Virus record (IMG/VR): IMGVR_UViG_3300025309_000439
Span: 1-52,361 of that record
Length of the DNA: 52,361 nucleotides
Direction: 5' to 3' (one strand)
Source of the DNA: a virus
Taxonomy: Duplodnaviria > Caudoviricetes
Part shown: positions 1 to 7,927 of the stretch, piece after piece
How positions within the stretch are numbered: the first letter of the stretch is position 1
How the letters are laid out: the number at the start of each line of letters is the position of its first letter
Notes under the pieces: generated by a model
What the model was told of the DNA's origin: nothing
Database searches by the model: none
Seen by the model: only the letters and a program-made list of their open reading frames with translations
Translations under genes and position numbers: made by a program

Positions 1-42
1 TCAAGGCGAAGACCGCGGGTTCGAATCCCGTCGACCCCGCCA
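1..42 (+). tRNA. 3' half of a tRNA, probably tRNA-Glu (anticodon xTC), truncated by the window edge; likely integration locus
   Basis: TCAA-GGCGA anticodon loop end and 3' stem; T-arm GCGGG-TTCGAAT-CCCGT (15-31); acceptor 3' strand CGACCCC; discriminator G; CCA at 40-42. First anticodon base lies outside the window. Confidence 0.88.
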
Positions 43-1737
43 ATTATCCGGCAATTCTGCTACCGGTGTTCTATCACCGGAGTTTAGAGTTGCCGGTTTT
101 TTAGTGGGTAATTGCCCCCATCGTCTTAGCCCCGAATGGGATTTGAACTTTTCGCTGCCAGAGCCACCTTTTCCGTCGAGCGCCCGCTGCAGGTCATCCA
201 CCGGCAATTCGTGCAACTTCACCTCGCATTTCCCGTCCCACACGACCACCTGCCTTATCAATAAGTGGAGAGCCTGAATCCGGCGTTCCAGCGGTATCTT
301 GTAAATGAACCGGGTGAACCGCTGTAGCACCCCCTGCATCACATCCACATCGTAGACCGCCCGCTTGCGGAAACCTATCTTCGCGTCCAACTCCCCCAGC
401 TTCGCTTCCACATCCCGTTTGGCCGCTTCCAATCTCGCCATCTCGCGCTCCGCCTGCTGGTTGACGCCGTTGGCCTTCGCCAAACCGATGAGGTTGTGCA
501 TCTCCCGGCTTATCGTCTTGAAATTTTCCTCGAGAATGCGCCGTTCCTTCTCCAGATGCCTGACGCCCTCGGTGGTAAGACTCTCCACTTTCGCAACCAC
601 CCGCTCCAGAAGTTGCCGGTCATAGCCTATGCCAGCCAGCTTCTCGATAACCCACTCTTCCAGTTTATCGGCACCTATGCTGTTAAAATCGCATTTTATG
701 GACAAGCCGTTCTGTTTTCCCAGGCACTTGTAGTATCGATATACCTTGCCCTTCTTCGGCCGCGAGTAGCTCGATGCGGAACTCCCGCACTCTCCGCAGC
801 GCACCAGTCCCTTCAGCAGATAACCGTGCGCGTTCCGGGCATATGTTATCTGCCCCTCACGCCTTTTATCATGGGAATACAGCAGTTGCTGCGCCTGGTC
901 AAATATCTGCTTTGAAATGATGGGCTTATGCTGGCCGGGGAACTCCGTTTTAGTCCTATGGTTGGTGATGATCCCGATGTAAACCTTTCGGCGCAGAATA
1001 CGCGTCAGCGTGTCTAGGTCGAAGGGCTTGCCTCCCGACACCCGGCCATCCTGAGTCTTATAAATCTTGCGCCGAAAACCCTGACTATTGAGTTCCTCGG
1101 CCACTTTTAAGGTCGAACCGCGCTCCAAATAGAGGCCAAAAATACGCCGAACCAATTGGGCTTCCGTTTCATTGACCACCAGATGCTTTTCCTTGAAGTC
1201 ATACCCCAGAATAGCCACGCCGCCGGACCATAGTCCCTTCTTCGCCCTGGATAGGTGCATATCCTTCGACCGCTCCACATCCAGTTCCCGGTCGTACTGG
1301 GCGAACTGCACCATGATCGCGGTCATCAGCCGTCCCTGCGGGCTTTTCGTGTCGATGGACTCGGTAGCCGAAACGAACGCCACGTTATGCTTTTCAAAGA
1401 GTTCCAATAAGGAATGGAAGTCCTTGCTATTCCGGGTCAGCCGGTCGAGCTTATAAACGATGATGGCCTGCACCCTGTCTTCCTCAACGGCTTTGAGCAG
1501 CCGCTGTATGGCAGGCCGTTTGAGGCTCTTGCCGGATTCCGCAGGATCATCAAATACCTCAGGATACTCCTGCCAGCCTTTTTCCTTTTGTATCTGAATA
1601 TAGGAACGGCAGGCGTTTTTCTGATTATCCAAGGACGTAACTTCGCCGGTCAGGTTTTCATCGTTGGATTTGCGCGTGTAAATCGCAACCCGGACGAGGG
1701 TCTGTTTTCCTTCCGCCATTGAATTATTCGCTATCAT
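1..1737 (-). CDS. Large serine recombinase (integrase)
   Basis: YTRKS catalytic Ser motif, KLDRLTR, recombinase domain, CGECG...YYKC zinc ribbon, coiled coil. Start at 1737 (or 1719) preferred over the 1770 alternative. Confidence 0.95.
   Translation of the reverse strand: MIANNSMAEGKQTLVRVAIYTRKSNDENLTGEVTSLDNQKNACRSYIQIQKEKGWQEYPEVFDDPAESGKSLKRPAIQRLLKAVEEDRVQAIIVYKLDRLTRNSKDFHSLLELFEKHNVAFVSATESIDTKSPQGRLMTAIMVQFAQYDRELDVERSKDMHLSRAKKGLWSGGVAILGYDFKEKHLVVNETEAQLVRRIFGLYLERGSTLKVAEELNSQGFRRKIYKTQDGRVSGGKPFDLDTLTRILRRKVYIGIITNHRTKTEFPGQHKPIISKQIFDQAQQLLYSHDKRREGQITYARNAHGYLLKGLVRCGECGSSASSYSRPKKGKVYRYYKCLGKQNGLSIKCDFNSIGADKLEEWVIEKLAGIGYDRQLLERVVAKVESLTTEGVRHLEKERRILEENFKTISREMHNLIGLAKANGVNQQAEREMARLEAAKRDVEAKLGELDAKIGFRKRAVYDVDVMQGVLQRFTRFIYKIPLERRIQALHLLIRQVVVWDGKCEVKLHELPVDDLQRALDGKGGSGSEKFKSHSGLRRWGQLPTKKPATLNSGDRTPVAELPDNWRGRRDSNPRSSP
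48..102 (+). terminator. Rho-independent terminator-like hairpin downstream of the tRNA, lying antisense within the integrase ORF
   Basis: CCGGCAATTCT (48-58) pairs with AGAGTTGCCGG (86-96); inner CCGGTG/CACCGG stem; followed by T6. Confidence 0.6.
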
Positions 1738-1771
1738 AGACGCATCCCCCGCTTTCCACTCACTGATCACT

Positions 1772-1798
1772 TACAAGGTTTCCAGGCGGAAATCAAGG
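1772..1798 (-). promoter_or_regulatory. Promoter/operator motif upstream of the integrase; second copy at 48681-48707
   Basis: TACAAGGTTTC-N6-GAAATCAAGG; 21/27 identical to the second copy; minus strand reads TTGATT-17-TAAGTG. Confidence 0.55.
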
Positions 1799-1801
1799 CC
1801 C

Positions 1802-2002
1802 TCATGACACATTACCTTCCTTCCCGCCCGACATCAAGCCGTTCGCCGTAACAGGATTGCACTTATCATCAGAAAGGACTTCGTCCAGCTGTCCGGTCAT
1901 GGCGAGGTGCAGGAATCCCTCTGCCAGCACTTCAGCCAAGGCGTCCAAGCGTTCTTCGGAAAGAATTTCTTCTGATTTTGCCGAAAATTTATGAGTGTCC
2001 AT
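1802..2002 (-). CDS. Small hypothetical protein upstream of the integrase (possible recombination accessory/directionality factor)
   Basis: 66 aa from the ATG at 2002; ERLDALAEVLAEG helix; co-oriented with the integrase; preceded by a repeated promoter motif. Confidence 0.6.
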   Translation of the reverse strand: MDTHKFSAKSEEILSEERLDALAEVLAEGFLHLAMTGQLDEVLSDDKCNPVTANGLMSGGKEGNVS

Positions 2003-2006
2003 ACCA

Positions 2007-2039
2007 TAAACCAACGGGATTTTTTGGAAATTTGCCCCC
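2007..2039 (-). promoter_or_regulatory. Candidate promoter for the phage ECF-type sigma factor (copy 1)
   Basis: GGGGGCA-N14-CCCGTTGGTTTA; the 12-mer is identical to 5350-5361. Confidence 0.55.
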
Positions 2040-2220
2040 AGCATGAGATATAGGGATAATACTTAATAAAATATCTGTCCTTTTATGGGTTTATAGCTAA
2101 GGCTTTATACCGACGAACTTATGCGATACAGGCGTTCTTTTGCATATTATAGGCCCTGTATATCACATTACCAATGGATATTTGACAAATTAAAGCGAAT
2201 AATGCTTAAATTCTAGTATT

Positions 2221-2451
2221 ATGGAAGCGCAAGAAACCAACAAGGAAAGCAAAAGCGACAAGTTTAAGCGGATTGCGGAATATAGGACCAACAAGGTACT
2301 TGATGCCTTGCGCGTACTGGGAAACTGCTCCAACAAGGTGACCTATTCTTACACTGAAGAAGATGTGAATAAAATTTTCACCAGACTGGAGGAGGAGGTA
2401 AAGCAGACCAGAAATTTATTCGGCACAAAGAAAGAAAAATTTCAGCTGTAA
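2221..2451 (+). CDS. Small helical hypothetical protein, probably DNA-binding/regulatory
   Basis: 76 aa; FKRIAEYRTNKVLDALRVLGNCSN...YSYTEE pattern of a small family often seen upstream of defence/R-M genes; TTGACA at 2182-2187 upstream. Confidence 0.75.
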   Translation: MEAQETNKESKSDKFKRIAEYRTNKVLDALRVLGNCSNKVTYSYTEEDVNKIFTRLEEEVKQTRNLFGTKKEKFQL

Positions 2452-2621
2452 AGCAAACAGCCCCTAAACACAGAACCTTGGCGGGTAGCGGTTTAGAAGC
2501 TGTTTCGAGAGAAAAACAAGGCGTATTTCTACACCCGGACTCTGCTTTCTAATTATACCTTTTTTCCCTCCCAACGCAACTCATAGCGGGCATAGCGCCC
2601 CTATATATCACGGAGAACTAT

Positions 2622-3683
2622 ATGGTTATGGAATCTGTTGAATTACTTGCCCCACCCAAACATACCGTCGAGGAACAAGAGGCGCTTATCGACTTCGTAC
2701 TTGCGTTGAGGAAATCCCACATAAAAAAGTTCCTCGATCAGCATGAACTGCAGAAATCCGGCACAAAGCCAGACCTGCGCGAACGGATCAAGGCCGCGAT
2801 TGAAGAGGGCCAGATTACCATTGAGAAAATCGTAGAGTTCCTGGATTCCGTTGTGCCATGGGGGAAGCAGCACGTCATCATATACAAGGGGCCACATGAT
2901 GATTTACAGACATGGAAAAAACCTGACCACGTATTAGACCTTTTACGGCAACACCGCCTAGGGAAACTTTTCAATGCCACTCAACCTTTAATCCTCCCGG
3001 AGAAGCTTACCCTCTCGTCCGTAACACATTCTAACGGCAAGCTGCGAGTTACCGCCATACAGAAACGTGAATATGCCGAACGGACACCCGAGCGAGACGA
3101 AGAAAGGAAAACAGACGACGGCAAGAAGGTCACCCTCATGGCCCATGTTCTTCACCTTACCCGCACACTCGTAGCCTTCGAGTGGGATATTAACGCCAAT
3201 GTCGCAATGCTCCAGATTACACAACTCCAACGCGATGGCGACTATGAGAAAGTTGCCGAGGAATTTTTCCAGTTGATCGGAGGCTGGCTAAACATCAAGC
3301 AATTTACTCAGGTGGATATGAAGCGTATTATCTCTAAGCTGGACGAACTGGAAAGCAGCGGACACGCCGAAACCCGTTCCCATAAAATCAACTTCCGGTC
3401 GCTTCAAGGCAGGGGCATGTCGGTAGAAAGCCCAAGCCGTAGAGACTCAGTACGTGGCGAGGCGCACATCGATAGAGCAATGGACGATGCCCGTAAACAT
3501 GGTATAGGGCACCTGGGAAACTTTTACTGGCTGCCAAAGATTCAGCCGGGACCATGCCCCAATCCGTTAAAGGAAGATGCACACGTGATTATAGTAGGCG
3601 CAAAATCCCGCATTAATTTCCCGAAACCATATAGCGAAGAGGTGGTGCGATATGTTCTCCACAGAGTGCGTGCGCTTAGCTAA
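2622..3683 (+). CDS. Hypothetical protein with N-terminal SAP-like DNA-binding motif
   Basis: 353 aa; GGAG RBS; LRKSHIKKFLDQHELQKSGTKPDLRERI matches the SAP pattern. Confidence 0.8.
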   Translation: MVMESVELLAPPKHTVEEQEALIDFVLALRKSHIKKFLDQHELQKSGTKPDLRERIKAAIEEGQITIEKIVEFLDSVVPWGKQHVIIYKGPHDDLQTWKKPDHVLDLLRQHRLGKLFNATQPLILPEKLTLSSVTHSNGKLRVTAIQKREYAERTPERDEERKTDDGKKVTLMAHVLHLTRTLVAFEWDINANVAMLQITQLQRDGDYEKVAEEFFQLIGGWLNIKQFTQVDMKRIISKLDELESSGHAETRSHKINFRSLQGRGMSVESPSRRDSVRGEAHIDRAMDDARKHGIGHLGNFYWLPKIQPGPCPNPLKEDAHVIIVGAKSRINFPKPYSEEVVRYVLHRVRALS

Positions 3684-4434
3684 GCAGCAGCCCGATCTTG
3701 CCGTTGCCATCCAGAAGATTTCCGACCAGTTCCAAAAGATGGGAACTGCGGAAATCATCAGGCCCGCCGACCTGGCGTGCTTTCTCGACCTGGACCAGAA
3801 TCAGGTTCGGGCCGTGCTGGAGGGTTTTTCCAGCACCGGCCTATTACGTGCCGAGGCGATGGTCGAGTGCACTCATTGTGGAATGGCTGTTCTTCGGTCT
3901 GATTACGAACAGTCCTATGAAGAGGATGGTGAGTATTGCTGCACTGGCTGCGAGCGCCGGTTGGGTAGCGACACAATACAAGCTATAACCACCTACCGTT
4001 GCGGCACGAAATGGCCTAAAATTCCGTCCAATTCCACATCAAAGCCTGATACAGTCAAGCGTAAGCTACTTACACCTCAATTTAATACCCCTGTTGGCAC
4101 GACGTGGTCCGATATCAAAATGAGATTTACTACAGGGGAGACACTAACCATTACGATCAACGGACGACACACCAAGGTGAATTACAGCGATATGGGGATG
4201 AAGGATGCCAGGGCGCATAAAGCAACTAAGCAGTGGAAGCTTCTCAATGATTTCGCTGACGGGCATGGCTCTTTAACGTGGGACAGCTCAGAAGCGACCA
4301 GGCATAATCAAAAACGCCGCGAAATCCTCTCTAAAAACCTTAAGGACTATTTTGGCATAGACGACGACCCCATAGAATATGTCCAGGCCACAAAAGGCTG
4401 GAGGATAAAATTTGAGATAAATCCAGTAAGCTAA
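3652..4434 (+). CDS. Zn-ribbon plus C-terminal winged-helix-like protein (putative regulator)
   Basis: N-terminal HTH-like segment; CTHC...CTGC; C-terminal wHTH-like domain ending GWRIKF; overlaps the upstream gene. Confidence 0.75.
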   Translation: MFSTECVRLAKQQPDLAVAIQKISDQFQKMGTAEIIRPADLACFLDLDQNQVRAVLEGFSSTGLLRAEAMVECTHCGMAVLRSDYEQSYEEDGEYCCTGCERRLGSDTIQAITTYRCGTKWPKIPSNSTSKPDTVKRKLLTPQFNTPVGTTWSDIKMRFTTGETLTITINGRHTKVNYSDMGMKDARAHKATKQWKLLNDFADGHGSLTWDSSEATRHNQKRREILSKNLKDYFGIDDDPIEYVQATKGWRIKFEINPVS

Positions 4435-4481
4435 CCGCACCCCCATCGAATTTTCGATGGCCTCATAAAAAGTATTTTTTT

Positions 4482-4520
4482 AGCCAAAACCCACTTTTCA
4501 TTGTGGGTTTTGGCTTTTTT
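4482..4520 (+). terminator. Rho-independent terminator
   Basis: Perfect 13-bp stem AGCCAAAACCCAC/GTGGGTTTTGGCT followed by a T run. Confidence 0.8.
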
Positions 4521-4716
4521 ATTCCCTAAAAACGCCTTTCACCGAAAATTCGCCATTTAATGGCGACAGGTCCTAATTCCGGGCGCAGAGATAGAACCGC
4601 CTGGAACAGCCCTCTCAGGGATACTGGACCTGTCCCCTGAGATGGCTTTTCTTATTCCAGCAGTGTAGTCGCGTAGCACAGGTTCTGTCAATGCGTCCTA
4701 AACACGGAGGACGTAT

Positions 4717-5319
4717 ATGGACAGAAAACTTGTTTGTGGTTGGAAGGAATTCAGTGATTGGGAAGTTAATCTCGTAAAAGGAAAGGCGAAAAGCCTATCG
4801 GCAAAACCCGGCTTCTCCCAGGAAGATATCCCGGATATCGAACAGGAGTTGCTGCTGACAGTCCATCGCAAACGTCACGCCTCGGATAGTTGGGCGGAAA
4901 TCAAGGCATCCAAGCGCACCATACTGAGTCGTATCCTGGATAATCGCATCCGGGACCTCATAGACTCAGCCAATACAGACAAGCGGCGAGTCCATACACT
5001 TACGGACTCGCTAAATGAGGTGGTTTCTCTTCCAGAAAAGGGGCAGCCCAAAATACTGGAAGATTACCTTGGCGATGACCACATCATAGCGATGCGGCGC
5101 CAGCCTATCGCTACACCGCAGGACCTTGAAATAGAACTCTCCTTGCGCCGCCGCGAGCTATCTACACTCCAACGCCGGATGAGCGAACTGCTTAAGCAGG
5201 GATTCTCCGTAACGGAAACCGCCAAGGTGATGGGACTTCCTCGCACCACGCTGTACCGGGAAATAGACCGCCTGCGTGAAATCTTCCAAGAGGAGGGACT
5301 ACAAGTTTACGTCGAATAG
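4717..5319 (+). CDS. ECF-like sigma-70 family sigma factor
   Basis: Region-2-like DIEQEL...RILDNRIRDLI and region-4 HTH GFSVTETAKVMGLPRTTLYREI; GGAGG RBS. Confidence 0.85.
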   Translation: MDRKLVCGWKEFSDWEVNLVKGKAKSLSAKPGFSQEDIPDIEQELLLTVHRKRHASDSWAEIKASKRTILSRILDNRIRDLIDSANTDKRRVHTLTDSLNEVVSLPEKGQPKILEDYLGDDHIIAMRRQPIATPQDLEIELSLRRRELSTLQRRMSELLKQGFSVTETAKVMGLPRTTLYREIDRLREIFQEEGLQVYVE

Positions 5320-5328
5320 CCGTTCTCT

Positions 5329-5361
5329 CGCGTCATCCTCGCGATATTACCCGTTGGTTTA
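5329..5361 (+). promoter_or_regulatory. Candidate promoter for the phage ECF-type sigma factor (copy 2), heading the replication operon
   Basis: CGCGTCA-N14-CCCGTTGGTTTA in the intergenic gap. Confidence 0.6.
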
Positions 5362-5378
5362 GGACAGGGAGAAAAAAC

Positions 5379-5654
5379 ATGGTCTACAGGTTCAAGTTCA
5401 AGGAAAACATTCCGGTCAAAGAGATAGAGGACTCCCTCTTCTGGGCGGTCTTTAATGCCGAATCCCTTTACGGCAAGACAAAAGTCCGCCTGGATGCCTC
5501 TTTCCTCTTTGACCGGGAAAGGAGCGTCTGCGTCATCGATAAAACCACCGATGTCGGCCAGCATATAGCCCAGATATTTACATCCTTAGTAACCCACGAA
5601 TTTGGAGAAGACGCGTTCAAAGTTGAACGCCTGCCCACCAAGGAAAAACCATGA
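5379..5654 (+). CDS. Hypothetical phage protein, first gene of the replication operon
   Basis: 91 aa; GGGAG RBS; ATGA overlap with the next gene. Confidence 0.8.
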   Translation: MVYRFKFKENIPVKEIEDSLFWAVFNAESLYGKTKVRLDASFLFDRERSVCVIDKTTDVGQHIAQIFTSLVTHEFGEDAFKVERLPTKEKP

Positions 5655-6496
5655 AATTACCAGAACCCAAATATATCGTAAGCGATGCGAACCACAAATA
5701 CAGCATCGTACTCCCCACAGGCGAGACTGCCGGGCCGTTCAAATCAGTGACCGGAATCCTCCAGGTCCTTGATAAACCGGCTCTCGTAGGCTGGAGCGCC
5801 AGGGAGTCGGCCAATTACTTCAAAGCTGAACTGCTCCGCCTTGGGCGCAGCGCGCTTGATCCGGCCATGCTCGACCAGATAGCCAAGGACGCGGCAGGGG
5901 CGCACCGCCGTAAGTCCAAGGACGCTGCTGACCTGGGCACCCGAGTACATGGCTTGTGCGAGGCAATTATTAAAGGAGAGGAACCTGCCGACATCCCGGC
6001 TGAACTGGCCGAACCCGCCCTCGACTTTAAGCGCTGGCGTATGCAGAGCGACATAGAGCTCGTCGCTCTTGAGCTTCCTGTCGCCTCTCTGGAACACCAC
6101 TTTGGCGGCCGCATCGACGCCGTCGGTTACTCAGCCACACGCGGCGGCCTGGGAATAGTGGACCTTAAGACTTCTTCCGGCTTCTACGGCAATGAATATT
6201 CCTATCAGGTCGGCGGCTATGCCGCAGCCCTGGCCGAGCAGTACGGCATTAATGTCGCCTGGGCCGAAATAGTCCGCTTCGGTAAAAAGCCACCTTACGA
6301 TTCAGAAGGCCGCCCTGTCACAGACCTTCCCGCAGCCATACAAGGCTTTCTAAACGCTGCTGCAGTCGCGCTCTCTAATTCCGTCCCGCTAATCGGAGAG
6401 CCCGACTTTTGCACGAAAACTATACGCGCAGAAGAGGCGGCCCGCGCGGCTAAAACGACCACGCCCAAATCCAAGAAAACGGCGTTCCCATTTTAG
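5651..6496 (+). CDS. PD-(D/E)XK exonuclease (RecE/YqaJ/Cas4-like recombination nuclease)
   Basis: SVTGIL, GTRVH, GRIDA, IVDLKT, YQ..GY motifs. Confidence 0.88.
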   Translation: MKLPEPKYIVSDANHKYSIVLPTGETAGPFKSVTGILQVLDKPALVGWSARESANYFKAELLRLGRSALDPAMLDQIAKDAAGAHRRKSKDAADLGTRVHGLCEAIIKGEEPADIPAELAEPALDFKRWRMQSDIELVALELPVASLEHHFGGRIDAVGYSATRGGLGIVDLKTSSGFYGNEYSYQVGGYAAALAEQYGINVAWAEIVRFGKKPPYDSEGRPVTDLPAAIQGFLNAAAVALSNSVPLIGEPDFCTKTIRAEEAARAAKTTTPKSKKTAFPF

Positions 6497-6527
6497 TGTC
6501 GGTAAATTAAACGCATAGGAGACCATA

Positions 6528-7355
6528 ATGAACACAGAAACAGCAGCACAAGGCAACCAGGCGCCGCCGCCGAAGTTCAAACTTGCGCCACCCCGGGGTA
6601 AGTTAAAAACGGGCATGCCGACCGACGGCCTTTGGATTCTGGCCGGGCTTCCGAAAGCCGGGAAGACATCCTTATCGGCCAGCATCCCTAATTCCATCCT
6701 GCTCGAACTTGAGCGGGGCGGCGCGGACCGCATTGACGGCTGGGTCCAGGAGATCCCCGACATCGCCACCTTCCGCCAGGCGGTCGTAGCCGCCGTGGAG
6801 GAACCGAGCATCAAGGCATTGGTGATAGATAGCCTCGACGTAATAAGCGACTGGCTTGAGGCCGAGGTAGCCGAGAAATACGAACTTGAAAGCATCAGCG
6901 AGCGCAAAGAGGGAGTCAACGGCTTCGCCGTCTGGAAGGAGTTACGCGGTAAATTCGAGAAGCTTATCGGCTACCTCAAAACGTCCGGAAAGCTGGCCGT
7001 ACTCGTCGCCCATAGCAAAGAGCCCCGCATAGATGCGGACGGAAAGGTTGTGGTCCCGGCCGGGATTCAGGTACCCGGTAAGCTGGGCTCATACATCGCA
7101 GCCGAGGCCGACGCCATCGGGCATTGCTACAAAAAGCAGGTCGGCAACGCGACGCAGTACTTCGTGAGCTTCCAGGGCGGCCCGCTTGGCACATACGGCA
7201 GCCGCATCCCGGAACTGGAAGATAAGACCATCCCCCTCCCCAAAACCAACCAGTGGGCCGCCATCCAGGCGGCTGCCGAGGCGAAGCCGCCGGTAGCCGA
7301 ACCCGCCAAAGAGCCTGAAAAGAAACCCGCAGCAAAAACCAAAGGAGGCAAATAA
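6528..7355 (+). CDS. AAA ATPase, Sak4-like single-strand annealing protein
   Basis: Walker A GLPKAGKT, Walker B LVIDS, VAH motif; lies between the exonuclease and SSB. Confidence 0.85.
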   Translation: MNTETAAQGNQAPPPKFKLAPPRGKLKTGMPTDGLWILAGLPKAGKTSLSASIPNSILLELERGGADRIDGWVQEIPDIATFRQAVVAAVEEPSIKALVIDSLDVISDWLEAEVAEKYELESISERKEGVNGFAVWKELRGKFEKLIGYLKTSGKLAVLVAHSKEPRIDADGKVVVPAGIQVPGKLGSYIAAEADAIGHCYKKQVGNATQYFVSFQGGPLGTYGSRIPELEDKTIPLPKTNQWAAIQAAAEAKPPVAEPAKEPEKKPAAKTKGGK

Positions 7356-7356
7356 C

Positions 7357-7920
7357 ATGGCACGCATCAACTACAAGGGCGACGCTGGAGCGGAAATCAC
7401 CGGACAAGGCGGAGGCGCACAGTTCTCGCCAGCGCCGCGCGGTATCTACACGCTGCAGATAGCCGACCACTCGGACGGCCTGGTAACACAGGGCGGCAAG
7501 AATCCCGGCACGCCCCTTACAAAGCTGACCTGCGAGGTAGCGGACGAAGGCGAGCACTTCGGCAAGCGCGTCTGGCATAACGTGGTCTGGGTCCCGCGCG
7601 GTAACGGCGAGAAGGCCAACCCGGGCCACGGTATGGCGGTGCATTTCCTGCACGCCGTCGGGCTGCAATACGACGGCGAGTTCTCGTTCGAGGAGTCTGA
7701 CCTGCAGGGGCGCACTTTTCGCGCGCTCCTGGGTATAACGACTTACGACAAGGTCGTTAACGGGCGGACCTACAGCAACGAGAAGAACTTCATTGAGGAA
7801 ATCTACACCGACAAACACCCCGAGCCCGCCAATGACGCGCTACCCGCGCCGCGTAAGAACGCGCCGCCGCCGGTAAAAGAGAAGCCAGCGGACGCCAAGA
7901 GCGGCTCCGTTCCCTTCTGA
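7357..7920 (+). CDS. Phage single-stranded DNA-binding protein (DUF669/gp2.5-like)
   Basis: FSPAPRGIY N-terminal motif; Pro-rich tail ending VPF; genomic context. Confidence 0.78.
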   Translation: MARINYKGDAGAEITGQGGGAQFSPAPRGIYTLQIADHSDGLVTQGGKNPGTPLTKLTCEVADEGEHFGKRVWHNVVWVPRGNGEKANPGHGMAVHFLHAVGLQYDGEFSFEESDLQGRTFRALLGITTYDKVVNGRTYSNEKNFIEEIYTDKHPEPANDALPAPRKNAPPPVKEKPADAKSGSVPF

Positions 7921-7927
7921 GCGCCAC

